From positions 90,980 through 154,979 of the forward strand of contig JBAZJW010000002.1 in NCBI GenBank assembly GCA_041651055.1: 64,000 nt of DNA, given 5' to 3'. Shown here in pieces: positions 40,443 through 50,986 of the stretch. The notes under the pieces are model-generated. The model had not been told where the DNA came from. It did no database searches and worked only from the letters and a program-made list of their open reading frames with translations. A program made the translations under genes and the position numbers. Source of the DNA: Minisyncoccota bacterium. GTDB taxonomy: Bacteria > Patescibacteriota > Minisyncoccia > Phycocordibacterales > UBA5272. The first letter of the stretch is position 1; each line of letters begins with the position of its first letter.

Positions 40443-41033
40443 TTATGAACAGTTGCTGTTGCAGTATTCGCTGCACACCGTCTGTTCGCATTTGTTTGCC
40501 TGATCTTCTTTGTACGTCTCTTTGTTGATACCGTTTCTTTTCACCAACATCAGAAAAAACGGATTACCGCAGTCAACTCTGTTTTCTTCACAGCCCCCAA
40601 ATCCATCATTAAGTTCCTGATTGTAATCAAAAAACGGACCATTGCTCAGACAACAACATGTGCTGCACTCATTACTCATGCCTCCGCACGCTTCGTTCCT
40701 CCCAGCAGTATATTCCTTTGTATACTGAATGCATGTTTCCGTGCACGTTCCATTTACACAAACGTTGAAATCACCGCAGTCCTGGTCATACATACAGGCG
40801 TCGCCGGTGCTGGAATCATATTGACGTGCATCGAATGTACATGAATAGGTGCCGTCTGAAAGCACAGAACAGTCGTTTTTGTTGTAACAGAACACCATTC
40901 CGGTGTCAAAGTCACTCAAACACAACTCTGAATCACCGCCGCACCCATTCAGGCTGATGATTGCCCAGGCCACCAGCACGGCCAGGATCATGAAACAAAC
41001 GGCGTAAAGGATCTCTCTAAAAAATTCCTTCAT
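40443..41033 (-). CDS. cysteine-rich predicted lipoprotein
   Basis: hydrophobic leader, LNG-C lipobox-like site, many Cys; GGAGGT RBS and its own promoter. Confidence 0.65.
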   Translation of the reverse strand: MKEFFREILYAVCFMILAVLVAWAIISLNGCGGDSELCLSDFDTGMVFCYNKNDCSVLSDGTYSCTFDARQYDSSTGDACMYDQDCGDFNVCVNGTCTETCIQYTKEYTAGRNEACGGMSNECSTCCCLSNGPFFDYNQELNDGFGGCEENRVDCGNPFFLMLVKRNGINKETYKEDQANKCEQTVCSEYCNSNCS

Positions 41034-41053
41034 TTGAGTGACCTCCTACCCAC

Positions 41054-41082
41054 ATTCTACCACAGCTATAATATCCTGTCAA
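41054..41082 (-). promoter_or_regulatory. sigma70-type early promoter, cassette copy 1
   Basis: TTGACA-17 bp-TAGAAT. Confidence 0.8.
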
Positions 41083-41098
41083 GTATCAAAACGTATAG

Positions 41099-41299
41099 TC
41101 ATGTATGGTCATTGTTGTACTGTTCTGAGCATTCTGGGCAATAATACTCCGCATCAACGGTACCTGGGTGGGGTAATCTACACCAACCAGCATTTACTGC
41201 GGCACGTATAACGCCATTAGGCAGAATACCTTCAAAGATCTGTGATTTTCCGCACTTATCACAAACCACAACAAGCGTAATTTGCAGAGTTGCTGTCAT
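41099..41299 (-). CDS. small zinc-finger protein
   Basis: CDKC...GW...CPEC. Confidence 0.55.
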   Translation of the reverse strand: MTATLQITLVVVCDKCGKSQIFEGILPNGVIRAAVNAGWCRLPHPGTVDAEYYCPECSEQYNNDHT

Positions 41300-41314
41300 A
41301 CTTGGAAAAGGAAA

Positions 41315-41503
41315 TTACACGCATTTGCATCCGAGTGATTTGGCCTGCAGGATTTCGTGCAGTTCTTCGATCTTCTCTTTGGCTTGTTCCAGTTCTTGTT
41401 CCAGAGATGAATTTGATTCTCGAAGACGGATAATTTCCTTTTGTAGACGTACGATTTCCTCATCCGCTTTTGACATCAGCGCTGCGTCAACTTGAAGGCC
41501 CAT
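41315..41503 (-). CDS. small coiled-coil protein
   Basis: heptad pattern; AAGGAG RBS. Confidence 0.55.
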   Translation of the reverse strand: MGLQVDAALMSKADEEIVRLQKEIIRLRESNSSLEQELEQAKEKIEELHEILQAKSLGCKCV

Positions 41504-41515
41504 AGATATCTCCTT

Positions 41516-42919
41516 TCAAATCTGGAAGATGGTTTCCTTGATGTGCTCAGTGTTGTTGAGATCGGAAGCGTCAATCGACCACAGCTTGTCGGACAGGGAC
41601 TTGAGGTCGTCGCCGTCTGCGGGTACACCACCAATGACCACAGAAAAGAGCCTGGCACCCAACTTCTTCTTGGTATTAGAGAGTGCTTCCTTATCGGGGA
41701 TGTTGCACAAACCGTCTGTGATGAACACAATGTCGGCTTTGGACATGGAAACGTTCTCCGTAACAGAGGAGAATGCCTTTCCAAGGGCTGACGAAAAATC
41801 TGTGCCTCCGCCGAAAAACATTTCCATGCACTTGAGCAAATCCTCGGTGTTGAATGGAGAGGTGAACTCCTGCTCGTGTCTGACGCACTCCGAGAAGTGG
41901 ATGATGCGGAAAGCGCGCTTTTGCTTAGAGGCCACGAAAGCCATCGCAAGTCCTACTGCTTTTGACCAGATCTCGGGTGCCCCTACCATGGAACCACTGT
42001 TGTCGATGCACACGACGATGGGACCCTTCTTCTCGGTGATGTGCTCGTCGAGCCGGTACTGTACCAGCCCCTTCTCCAGGTACCTCTTGAAGAAATCGAG
42101 TTCGAGATCCCCAGCCACCAGTTTCATGGCCTCAGCGGGGATCAACCGGCCGATGTCATTGCCCATCTCGATGTCGGTGATTTCATCGGGTCCCGGCTGC
42201 TTCTTGTTGGCCTGGTGCTTCTCCGCTTCGTTCTTGAAGCGACCAGCCATTTCCATGATCTGCTTCAGCTTGGCGCTGTTGCGGATCATTTCCATGACGC
42301 GCAGCTTCTGCTGGTCGCCGGTTAAAGAAGCCGCCCCGGAAGTCGAATTGTCATATCCAAAGACGGAGTTTGCTTCGCTGGCATCGTCAAGGGCTTCCTT
42401 GGCCTTTCCGAGCCCACGGCGGATTGCCTGGCGCACCTGGTAGCCATCCAGGTTATTGATGGCCTCAGACCACGCTTTCTTTGAATTGGCCAACTCCTGC
42501 TCCAGCTTTTCCTTGGTAACTTGGTAGTTGGGCCGATCCTGCATGTCTTCCAGGCCGTTCAGATCCCTTTCCACGTCCTTGGGATTGCGATCTTCCATCT
42601 TGGGCAGGGTACTGAGGATCTGCTCGGACAAAACGGAGGTGCCAAGGCCAGACTGGAAGGAATCAAACACCGTGCCTTGGCTGCGAATATCCTTCCACTC
42701 CTTCATGCCGCGCATCTCGTTGAACACCTTGGATGCCCACTCAGGAGAAGGATTATCAAAGTCGGGGTTGGACTGGAATAGGCTACCAAACACACCGGCT
42801 TGGAAGTCCCTGAAGTCCGAGTAACCCTTCGAGACACCACTGTTTTCCACCGTCTTCAGGCCACCGTGCGCCTCGAAGAAGTTGTCAAAGGACATCTTTT
42901 CCCAGGAGGAAAGCTTCAT
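41516..42919 (-). CDS. VWA-domain protein (ViaA-like partner of the AAA ATPase)
   Basis: MIDAS DNSGS..GGT..ITDG; start reassigned to ATG 42919, 10 nt after the ATPase stop. Confidence 0.85.
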   Translation of the reverse strand: MKLSSWEKMSFDNFFEAHGGLKTVENSGVSKGYSDFRDFQAGVFGSLFQSNPDFDNPSPEWASKVFNEMRGMKEWKDIRSQGTVFDSFQSGLGTSVLSEQILSTLPKMEDRNPKDVERDLNGLEDMQDRPNYQVTKEKLEQELANSKKAWSEAINNLDGYQVRQAIRRGLGKAKEALDDASEANSVFGYDNSTSGAASLTGDQQKLRVMEMIRNSAKLKQIMEMAGRFKNEAEKHQANKKQPGPDEITDIEMGNDIGRLIPAEAMKLVAGDLELDFFKRYLEKGLVQYRLDEHITEKKGPIVVCIDNSGSMVGAPEIWSKAVGLAMAFVASKQKRAFRIIHFSECVRHEQEFTSPFNTEDLLKCMEMFFGGGTDFSSALGKAFSSVTENVSMSKADIVFITDGLCNIPDKEALSNTKKKLGARLFSVVIGGVPADGDDLKSLSDKLWSIDASDLNNTEHIKETIFQI

Positions 42920-42929
42920 GACAGCACCC

Positions 42930-45077
<2,148 letters not shown>

Positions 45078-45112
45078 GCGAACCTCCTAATTGAAAACTT
45101 GATCCTAAGACC

Positions 45113-45141
45113 ATTATACCACAGCTATAATACGCTGTCAA
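45113..45141 (-). promoter_or_regulatory. consensus sigma70 promoter, cassette copy 2
   Basis: TTGACA-GCGTATTATAGCTGTGG-TATAAT with extended -10 TG. Confidence 0.9.
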
Positions 45142-45191
45142 GTATTTCGAACAAACGACGACGTATGGTCATGTATGGTAAATAAGACGGT

Positions 45192-45488
45192 TTACCCGAT
45201 CAACAACTTGGCGTGTTCTTTTAGTGCTTCATTGAATGTGCCTGAAGCAATAAGATTACATGAACACTTGTTTGATACCAGTGGTGAAATATCGACTTTG
45301 TAGATGTCCACTTCAAACTCAGAATAAAAGTTTGGATCCAAAGCCCTTTTCTTTTTAACCAAATCCTCGCGCATTAGCATATGATCTGGGTATGTTAATA
45401 CTTCACGGTGTAGAAGTGTTGGACCAAACTTGGGTTTATCGGTTTGGGTGATGATTACCATCAAGAAAGAAGCGTTATTTAGATCCAT
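45192..45488 (-). CDS. hypothetical protein
   Basis: 98-aa ORF in the minus-strand run. Confidence 0.45.
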   Translation of the reverse strand: MDLNNASFLMVIITQTDKPKFGPTLLHREVLTYPDHMLMREDLVKKKRALDPNFYSEFEVDIYKVDISPLVSNKCSCNLIASGTFNEALKEHAKLLIG

Positions 45489-45578
45489 TTTGTGTACTAC
45501 CCTTTCTGGTAACTACTTTGCTGTAGATTATCAAAATGGTCAACAGTATCCCGATACCAGTATGCACAAATTCGCTCA

Positions 45579-45851
45579 TCAGAACAGCTTCTTGCCGCTG
45601 ATTCTGAATTTGACTGTGCCGTTGTCCAGGGTAAATTCGCATAACATTTCCTTGCAATTAGTCTTGTTGCCGTACTGCTTTTCGTCCAACACCTTCCAAT
45701 GTCCGTGTACGGTACACCCAGCCACAAACCTGCTTCTGATTTTCTCAGCCTCTGCGAAAAATTGATCCCACGAAGGATCCTTTTCAAGTGCAATACGCTC
45801 GTGAAGAAAACCCTCAGTGTCACGCACTTCGTACACAGCCTTAGTAATCAT
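45579..45851 (-). CDS. hypothetical protein
   Basis: 90 aa; GGAGAAGGA RBS. Confidence 0.55.
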   Translation of the reverse strand: MITKAVYEVRDTEGFLHERIALEKDPSWDQFFAEAEKIRSRFVAGCTVHGHWKVLDEKQYGNKTNCKEMLCEFTLDNGTVKFRISGKKLF

Positions 45852-45878
45852 ATTCCTTCTCCTGTGATAGTATGAGTT

Positions 45879-46109
45879 TTATTCCTCTGTGAAATGTCCG
45901 GGTGACTGCAATTGACTGTGGAGTCGGAGTATTCTTTCTTTGTCTTCGGGCTTTACTTCCACGTCTTTGTAAAAACACGTTGAAGCAATTGAATCTAGTG
46001 CGCGTGGGTACGATACGGATTGCAGGTAGTATCCTGCATTTTCTTGGCAACATACTCCATATTCAACCAAACAACGTTCTAGAAAATCTTTTAATGTTTC
46101 CGCTTTCAC
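45879..46109 (-). CDS. hypothetical protein
   Basis: 76-aa ORF in the minus-strand run. Confidence 0.45.
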   Translation of the reverse strand: MKAETLKDFLERCLVEYGVCCQENAGYYLQSVSYPRALDSIASTCFYKDVEVKPEDKERILRLHSQLQSPGHFTEE

Positions 46110-46112
46110 AGT

Positions 46113-46331
46113 TTACCACCCCACATTTCTATGTCCAGTGGTTTTGCTGTATACTTGGTTTCCGTATTCATCCCAAACGGCGTCAATTTCGTAACCATAA
46201 AAGGTTCCGTGTTTCTTGAGGTACTTCTCTTCTGCTGCGTGCATGGCATCCACGGTGTTTTCAGCACGTACACGCACCTGTGATTTGCACTCACCGTCAG
46301 TTTCCTTGAACTTGACTGTGTATAGATTCAT
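46113..46331 (-). CDS. hypothetical protein
   Basis: 72 aa; AAGGAG RBS. Confidence 0.55.
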   Translation of the reverse strand: MNLYTVKFKETDGECKSQVRVRAENTVDAMHAAEEKYLKKHGTFYGYEIDAVWDEYGNQVYSKTTGHRNVGW

Positions 46332-46362
46332 ACGCTTTCTCCTTTGCGTATTCTTTATTGTA

Positions 46363-46435
46363 TGGGACCGGTGGGATTCGGACCCACATTCCCTTGATTA
46401 AAAGTCAAGTGCGTTACCAATTGCGCCACGGTCCC
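46363..46435 (-). tRNA. tRNA-Lys(UUU), CCA not encoded
   Basis: GGGACCG/CGGTCCC acceptor; CTTGA-CTTTTAA-TCAAG anticodon arm; GTGGG-TCCGAAT-CCCAC T arm. Confidence 0.9.
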
Positions 46436-46482
46436 GTATTACCAAAGATCAACAACATTTGTATTATACTGCGAGGAGTGTG

Positions 46483-46776
46483 TCAGTAAATCGGTTTGGT
46501 CCAGTCTGGTGTGGTGCCGGTATTCTCCATTTCTTCGATCTCATCATCCTCCATATCCAACCATTCGTTGTCATGAAAGATTTGTATTCTGCCCGCATTG
46601 CAGTAATCAGGCTTGATGTTGTGCTGGAGCTGGAAAAGATCGTAATCACCCAGCACACTGAGCAACAGCCTGGCATCCCTGATGCTGCTTACAGGGACCT
46701 CGAATCCCTCCATGGGCACCTGTGGGATCCACCAAATCCTCAGATCTCCCTCTGCAGGTTCGTGCTTTGTAGCCAT
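46483..46776 (-). CDS. P22 gp17-like protein (superinfection exclusion gene product 17 family)
   Basis: LRIWWIPQVPM..F.VPV...YDLFQ..NIKPDYCNA. Confidence 0.75.
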   Translation of the reverse strand: MATKHEPAEGDLRIWWIPQVPMEGFEVPVSSIRDARLLLSVLGDYDLFQLQHNIKPDYCNAGRIQIFHDNEWLDMEDDEIEEMENTGTTPDWTKPIY

Positions 46777-46971
46777 CTAAACCTCCTTAATCATTTCCAC
46801 GGACAGTTCGTAGATAGCGAACTCTACATTCCATCCATATTTCTCGTCCAGCTCCTGCTTGAACTTTTCGGCGTCTTCTGCAGTGAAAAAGATCCTGTCG
46901 TGTTGCGCCTTGCACAGCTTCGGCATCGAGCCGTCTGAGCGTCGAGCTGCTACAATAAATGCCTGGTACAT
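46777..46971 (-). CDS. hypothetical protein
   Basis: 64 aa; IFFTAEDAEKF. Confidence 0.5.
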   Translation of the reverse strand: MYQAFIVAARRSDGSMPKLCKAQHDRIFFTAEDAEKFKQELDEKYGWNVEFAIYELSVEMIKEV

Positions 46972-46980
46972 AATATCACT

Positions 46981-47811
46981 TCACAGCTCCATCAACTTGG
47001 CCTTGACCTGGTTCTCCATGGCATTCAACTTCTCCAGCACGTTCTCACCAGAGAACTTCAATCTCTCGGCGTAGAACTCCACTTCCTTCTTGGTTTCACG
47101 GAAACGTTCGAGAGTGGCTGCCCAACCCTTGGGGGTGCTGAACTTGTTGTTGTTGATCTCCTCCTGGAAGTTATCCAAACGACGGTTCATGTCTTCCATG
47201 AGGCTGTTGTAAATCGCCTTCTTGGTGTCTTCGGTGTTGATCTGAGGCACCAACACCATGCTGCATCCCTCCAGGGACTTGAGCAGTGCCTCCACCTGCT
47301 TGAGTTCCCTGGTGAACTTCTCATCAGCGTAGTAGATACCGCCGCCTTCACGGACAGTCACAGGCGTCATCTTGTCGATGATGTCCTTGATGATCAAACG
47401 CATGTCGTAGGACGTGAGGTTTTCCTTGAAGGAGTTGTACTTGTCCTTGATGAGATCAAAGGCGCGGTGTGGATGATCACAGGTCAGCAACCCGGTCTTC
47501 TGATTGAAAGACATGGTAGCCGAGTGGTGGTACTGCAGGTCCTGTGCCTTGGGGTCAACCTTTTCATCCACCAACCCCACCAGGTGCTGGTCTTTGTCCT
47601 TGGCGATCATACGCACCAAGACATGGTGCTGTCCCTGTTGCTGTTTGACCTGACGCACTGCATTGAGGTAGGCTGTGCGGTCGCAGTCCTTGATGTCGTA
47701 CTTGATGCCCACCTTTTTACAGGAGGCGAGGAAGTCCACCTTCTTGACCAGGACTTCGCGGATGCTCCACCAGAAGAAGTACCCCATGATCACGAGTCCG
47801 TTGGCTGTCAT
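46981..47811 (-). CDS. DUF3150/DUF6744-like hypothetical protein
   Basis: GYFFWWSI, VREGGGIYY, coiled C-terminus; own promoter and AAGGAG RBS; family name is tentative. Confidence 0.55.
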   Translation of the reverse strand: MTANGLVIMGYFFWWSIREVLVKKVDFLASCKKVGIKYDIKDCDRTAYLNAVRQVKQQQGQHHVLVRMIAKDKDQHLVGLVDEKVDPKAQDLQYHHSATMSFNQKTGLLTCDHPHRAFDLIKDKYNSFKENLTSYDMRLIIKDIIDKMTPVTVREGGGIYYADEKFTRELKQVEALLKSLEGCSMVLVPQINTEDTKKAIYNSLMEDMNRRLDNFQEEINNNKFSTPKGWAATLERFRETKKEVEFYAERLKFSGENVLEKLNAMENQVKAKLMEL

Positions 47812-47833
47812 GTCTAAATCTCCTTTCGATCAA

Positions 47834-47862
47834 ATTGTACCACATCTATAATAACGAGTCAA
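47834..47862 (-). promoter_or_regulatory. sigma70-type promoter, cassette copy 3
   Basis: TTGACT-17 bp-TACAAT. Confidence 0.75.
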
Positions 47863-47883
47863 GTATCTGTCGTTGTGTGCATA

Positions 47884-47922
47884 CGTCCCCAAGGGGATTC
47901 GAACCCCTGTACCAAGCTTGAA
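47884..47922 (-). pseudogene. 3' half of a tRNA-Glu(UUC) gene
   Basis: TTC-AA-GCTTG-GTAC-AGGGG-TTCGAAT-CCCCT-TGGGGAC-G matches the bacterial tRNA-Glu 3' half; no 5' half is adjacent. Confidence 0.8.
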
Positions 47923-47957
47923 GAGACAAACGCCATTTATGTTGAGAAAAATGATCA

Positions 47958-48527
47958 TTAAACGCACTTTTTGCCATTGCGGATGTGCTTCTTTACTGTT
48001 TGAAAACTTACACCAAACATTTTACTAACTCCTAAAATACTATTATCTTTTATTAATTTCATAAGTTCATTGTGAGTAGGCCAACACACCTTTTGATGGT
48101 CTAACTGGCAACATTTAATAGAACAATAACGGTGTCCGTTTCTTTTCACAGGAAAACTGCAACCACAGTGTTCACACACAGATGTTGTACCTCTCTTGGT
48201 GTTTTTCTTGCTGTTCTTTTTATTTCTAATCCACTTTGAGTACTCATTTGATTTATCTGAATTAAAATGAATCTCAGAGTGACAATTTGCACACAGTAAT
48301 TGGCATTTATCTAACTCTTCCTTCATTGTTTCTAGACTACGTTTTCTCATGTGATGCCAAGAAAATTTTTTATTTAATGGGTCTTTATGGTGAAACACAA
48401 GAGCACCTATACATTTATTGTACCCACATATTTCGCATTTGCCTCCTTTATACTCTACAGCCATCTCCTTCAAATACACATATCTACGTTTTATGTATTC
48501 AGAATTATATTTTTGATCATCATTCAT
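47958..48527 (-). CDS. HNH homing endonuclease-like protein with zinc finger and C-terminal HTH
   Basis: YKGGKCEICGY...FHHKDP...CQLLCANCHSEIH; CEHC..YCSIKC; GVSKMFGVSFQTVKKH. Confidence 0.85.
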   Translation of the reverse strand: MNDDQKYNSEYIKRRYVYLKEMAVEYKGGKCEICGYNKCIGALVFHHKDPLNKKFSWHHMRKRSLETMKEELDKCQLLCANCHSEIHFNSDKSNEYSKWIRNKKNSKKNTKRGTTSVCEHCGCSFPVKRNGHRYCSIKCCQLDHQKVCWPTHNELMKLIKDNSILGVSKMFGVSFQTVKKHIRNGKKCV

Positions 48528-48827
48528 GTTTGTTAGGTACCACTTTTCTCAGACAGGGCATCATCTCACTTTCCTACTTTCTTGGCGCGTCGCTTTCGGG
48601 CGCGCTTGATGGCCTGAATGACTACGTTGATGATGCTCACCCCCATAAATCCACCTTCCCTAGAACAACTCAGAATCTGTTCTTGAAAGTAAACATGCAA
48701 CTATGTAAATACCAGAAAAAATGTTGTTAAATGCTCCTCCTCCAGTATATTGTGCCTGACAACTATCCCATCTAATACAGTTGTGACAGTTGTAATGCTC
48801 ACCATTTTGTAAATAACGATTCAATAT

Positions 48828-49070
48828 CTACTCCTTCATGCTCAAGAAATTGTCATAGAATGACATACGACCACTTACACACTCCTGGAAATTGAAGTAG
48901 CACCCGCATGCAGGATCGTAGTGTTCGCAATCCTTGCAGTCCTTGCTTATTGCCCACTGCAAGAACGCCTGGACCATGGTGGCTGCTCCAATTTCTGCCA
49001 GCGTTTGCATGCGCCTGTCCTGATCGTGAGAGGAACTGTATGACGTGTGCAAGTCTTCCCAGGAAAACAT
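48828..49070 (-). CDS. small Cys-containing hypothetical protein
   Basis: 80 aa; CKDC. Confidence 0.45.
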   Translation of the reverse strand: MFSWEDLHTSYSSSHDQDRRMQTLAEIGAATMVQAFLQWAISKDCKDCEHYDPACGCYFNFQECVSGRMSFYDNFLSMKE

Positions 49071-49228
49071 TCCCTTCCCCCTTTACTGTTCGCTGCAAAA
49101 AACGTTCAGGACGATGAAAGCAAACGTGTCAAGCACGGCGCTGAAAAAGGACTTACAAAATCCGTGCTTCATATATTTGTGGTAAAGGTACTCACCACGA
49201 AAGTTGGCCAAAATTTTGTTGAAAAAAC

Positions 49229-49393
49229 TCATGCCAAACCGTTCTCTTTCATGAACTTGACGGTCTTTTCCGCGTCCTGCATCACCTCCTGCACGGCACA
49301 CACCCCATGCACTCCGTCGTGTTTGTTGAGCAGCTCGGCCATGGCCTGGTTGAGTTCACTGATGAGAGAGGAAACTTTGTCGAGAACTGGCAT
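49229..49393 (-). CDS. 54-aa protein whose first 20 residues equal the AAA ATPase N-terminus
   Basis: MPVLDKVSSLISELNQAMAELLNKHDGVHGVCAVQEVMQDAEKTVKFMKENGLA; AGGAGG RBS; ATGA overlap with the next ORF. Confidence 0.65.
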   Translation of the reverse strand: MPVLDKVSSLISELNQAMAELLNKHDGVHGVCAVQEVMQDAEKTVKFMKENGLA

Positions 49394-49497
49394 GTGAACC
49401 TCCTAATTGAAAACTTGATCCTAAGACCATTATACCACAGCTATAATACTCTGTCAAGTATTTCGAACAAACGATGACGTATGGTCATATATGGTAA
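49333..49497. repeat. 165-bp direct repeat copy B
   Basis: matches 45017-45181; offset 4316 bp. Confidence 0.9.
49429..49457 (-). promoter_or_regulatory. consensus sigma70 promoter, cassette copy 4
   Basis: TTGACA-17 bp-TATAAT. Confidence 0.9.
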
Positions 49498-49559
49498 TTA
49501 GAACAAGCTAAATGTACGATGGTTAATTCATCTTTATTTTTCAATGTTTTACTTTCTTT

Positions 49560-50699
49560 GTGCATAAGACTTTCAAATACCGTCTCTATCCAACACATGT
49601 GCAGGTCACTTTGCTAAATACTACATTAGAAATCTGTCGTCAAGTCTATAATAAAACATTGGGTATGAGAAAATATACTTACGAGACTGAGAAAAAGTCT
49701 TTATCTTTGTACGATACTCACAACCTATTAACTAAATGGAAAAAGGATAGTGTTCATTGGAACAGTGTTTATTCACAAGTACTAACTAATGTACAAGTCC
49801 GAGTCGATTTAGCCTATAAAGCTTTCTTTCGCAGAGTTAAAGCTAAGCAAACTCCTGGTTTTCCGCGTTTCAAGGGCAAGGGGCGTTATGATAGCTTTAC
49901 TTTTCCTCAAGCTAGTAATCAAGGTGCTAAAATCGTTGGAGGTGGTCTTAGACTCAGCAAGATCGGTATTATATCTACAGTCTTTCATCGTCCAGTCCAA
50001 GGCAAAATCAAGACGATCACTATACGCAAATCATCTACTAACAAGTGGTATGCCTATATCAATGTAGAAATAGATCCTGTACGTTTACCAGCAAATGACT
50101 TGGCAGTAGGTATAGATTTAGGTATAAAGACTTTTGCTGTCTTGTCCAATGGTGAGACTGTACCCAACCCAAGATTTTTCAAGAGATCAGAAAAGAAATT
50201 AGCTAAAGTACAACGCAAGTATTCAAAGCTTGAAAAAGGATCAAGTAAGAGACGTGCGTATCGTAAAGTCGTAGCACGAGTCTATGAAAAGATTTCAAAT
50301 CAACGCAAAGATTTTGCTCATAAACTTAGCAGAAGTCTCGTTCATCAGTTTGGTACAGTGGTGTTCGAGGATCTCAACATACGAGGCATGATACAAGATG
50401 GTCACTTAGCAAAAAGTATCCATGACGTAGCTTGGCATCAGCTAGTACAATACACTATCTACAAAGCGGAAGAGGCTGGTAGGAGTGTAATACTAGTAGA
50501 TCCAAGAAACACGTCGAAAAAGTGCAGCAGATGTGGTAGCATAAAAGAGGATCTAACGCTTGATGACAGGACTTACATTTGTACGAGGTGTGGCTTGGTC
50601 TTAGATCGTGACTTCAACGCATCCATAAATATCTTGGCGCTGGGGCTGCAGCGCCGGGGGCGCTGTGCCCCGCGTAGACGTGTAGACCTAAGCACGTAA
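49560..50699 (+). CDS. tnpB: TnpB RNA-guided endonuclease (IS200/IS605 family), no tnpA in the window
   Basis: TFKYRLYPT HTH, GFPRFK, RuvC GIDLG / FEDLN / DRDFNA, CSRC..CTRC zinc ribbon. Confidence 0.92.
   Translation: MHKTFKYRLYPTHVQVTLLNTTLEICRQVYNKTLGMRKYTYETEKKSLSLYDTHNLLTKWKKDSVHWNSVYSQVLTNVQVRVDLAYKAFFRRVKAKQTPGFPRFKGKGRYDSFTFPQASNQGAKIVGGGLRLSKIGIISTVFHRPVQGKIKTITIRKSSTNKWYAYINVEIDPVRLPANDLAVGIDLGIKTFAVLSNGETVPNPRFFKRSEKKLAKVQRKYSKLEKGSSKRRAYRKVVARVYEKISNQRKDFAHKLSRSLVHQFGTVVFEDLNIRGMIQDGHLAKSIHDVAWHQLVQYTIYKAEEAGRSVILVDPRNTSKKCSRCGSIKEDLTLDDRTYICTRCGLVLDRDFNASINILALGLQRRGRCAPRRRVDLST
50642..50671 (+). other. GC-rich hairpin at the tnpB 3' end (possible omega-RNA part or terminator)
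   Basis: GGGGC-TG-CAGCGCC-GGG-GGCGCTG-T-GCCCC. Confidence 0.55.
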
Positions 50700-50933
50700 C
50701 AGCCACGAGCACACGATCTTGAACTTTCCATTCACACACTTGGCCCTGATCTTGATTGTGTCTTTGTAGATCTCAACCAGCTTATTGATTAGCTCCGTGG
50801 CTTGTGCTTCGGTGTCAAAGCTACCAGGCAGGATGCAGATTCTGTCAGTTTCTGATGCTGGTGCAGAAGCCTGCACTTCGATTTCGATGTATTTACCTGT
50901 AGCTGGGTCGAAGGCTTTGATGAACCTGTTCAC
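50688..50933 (-). CDS. hypothetical protein, probably leaderless
   Basis: GTG 6 nt downstream of the -10 box. Confidence 0.55.
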   Translation of the reverse strand: MNRFIKAFDPATGKYIEIEVQASAPASETDRICILPGSFDTEAQATELINKLVEIYKDTIKIRAKCVNGKFKIVCSWLLRA

Positions 50934-50939
50934 AAGTCC

Positions 50940-50968
50940 ATTATACCACAGCTATAATACGCTGTCAA
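50940..50968 (-). promoter_or_regulatory. consensus sigma70 promoter, cassette copy 5
   Basis: TTGACA-GCGTATTATAGCTGTGG-TATAAT, identical to copy 2. Confidence 0.9.
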
Positions 50969-50986
50969 GTATTTCAAACAAACGAC

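Noticed and set aside
47884-47922. Half tRNA as an attP integration core
   Set aside because: No integrase in the window and the fragment is joined exactly to the HNH helix; not fully excluded
47923-48567. Group I or group II intron around the HNH gene
   Set aside because: Only about 75 nt of non-coding flank, almost all used by one helix; no catalytic core or terminal G at the junction
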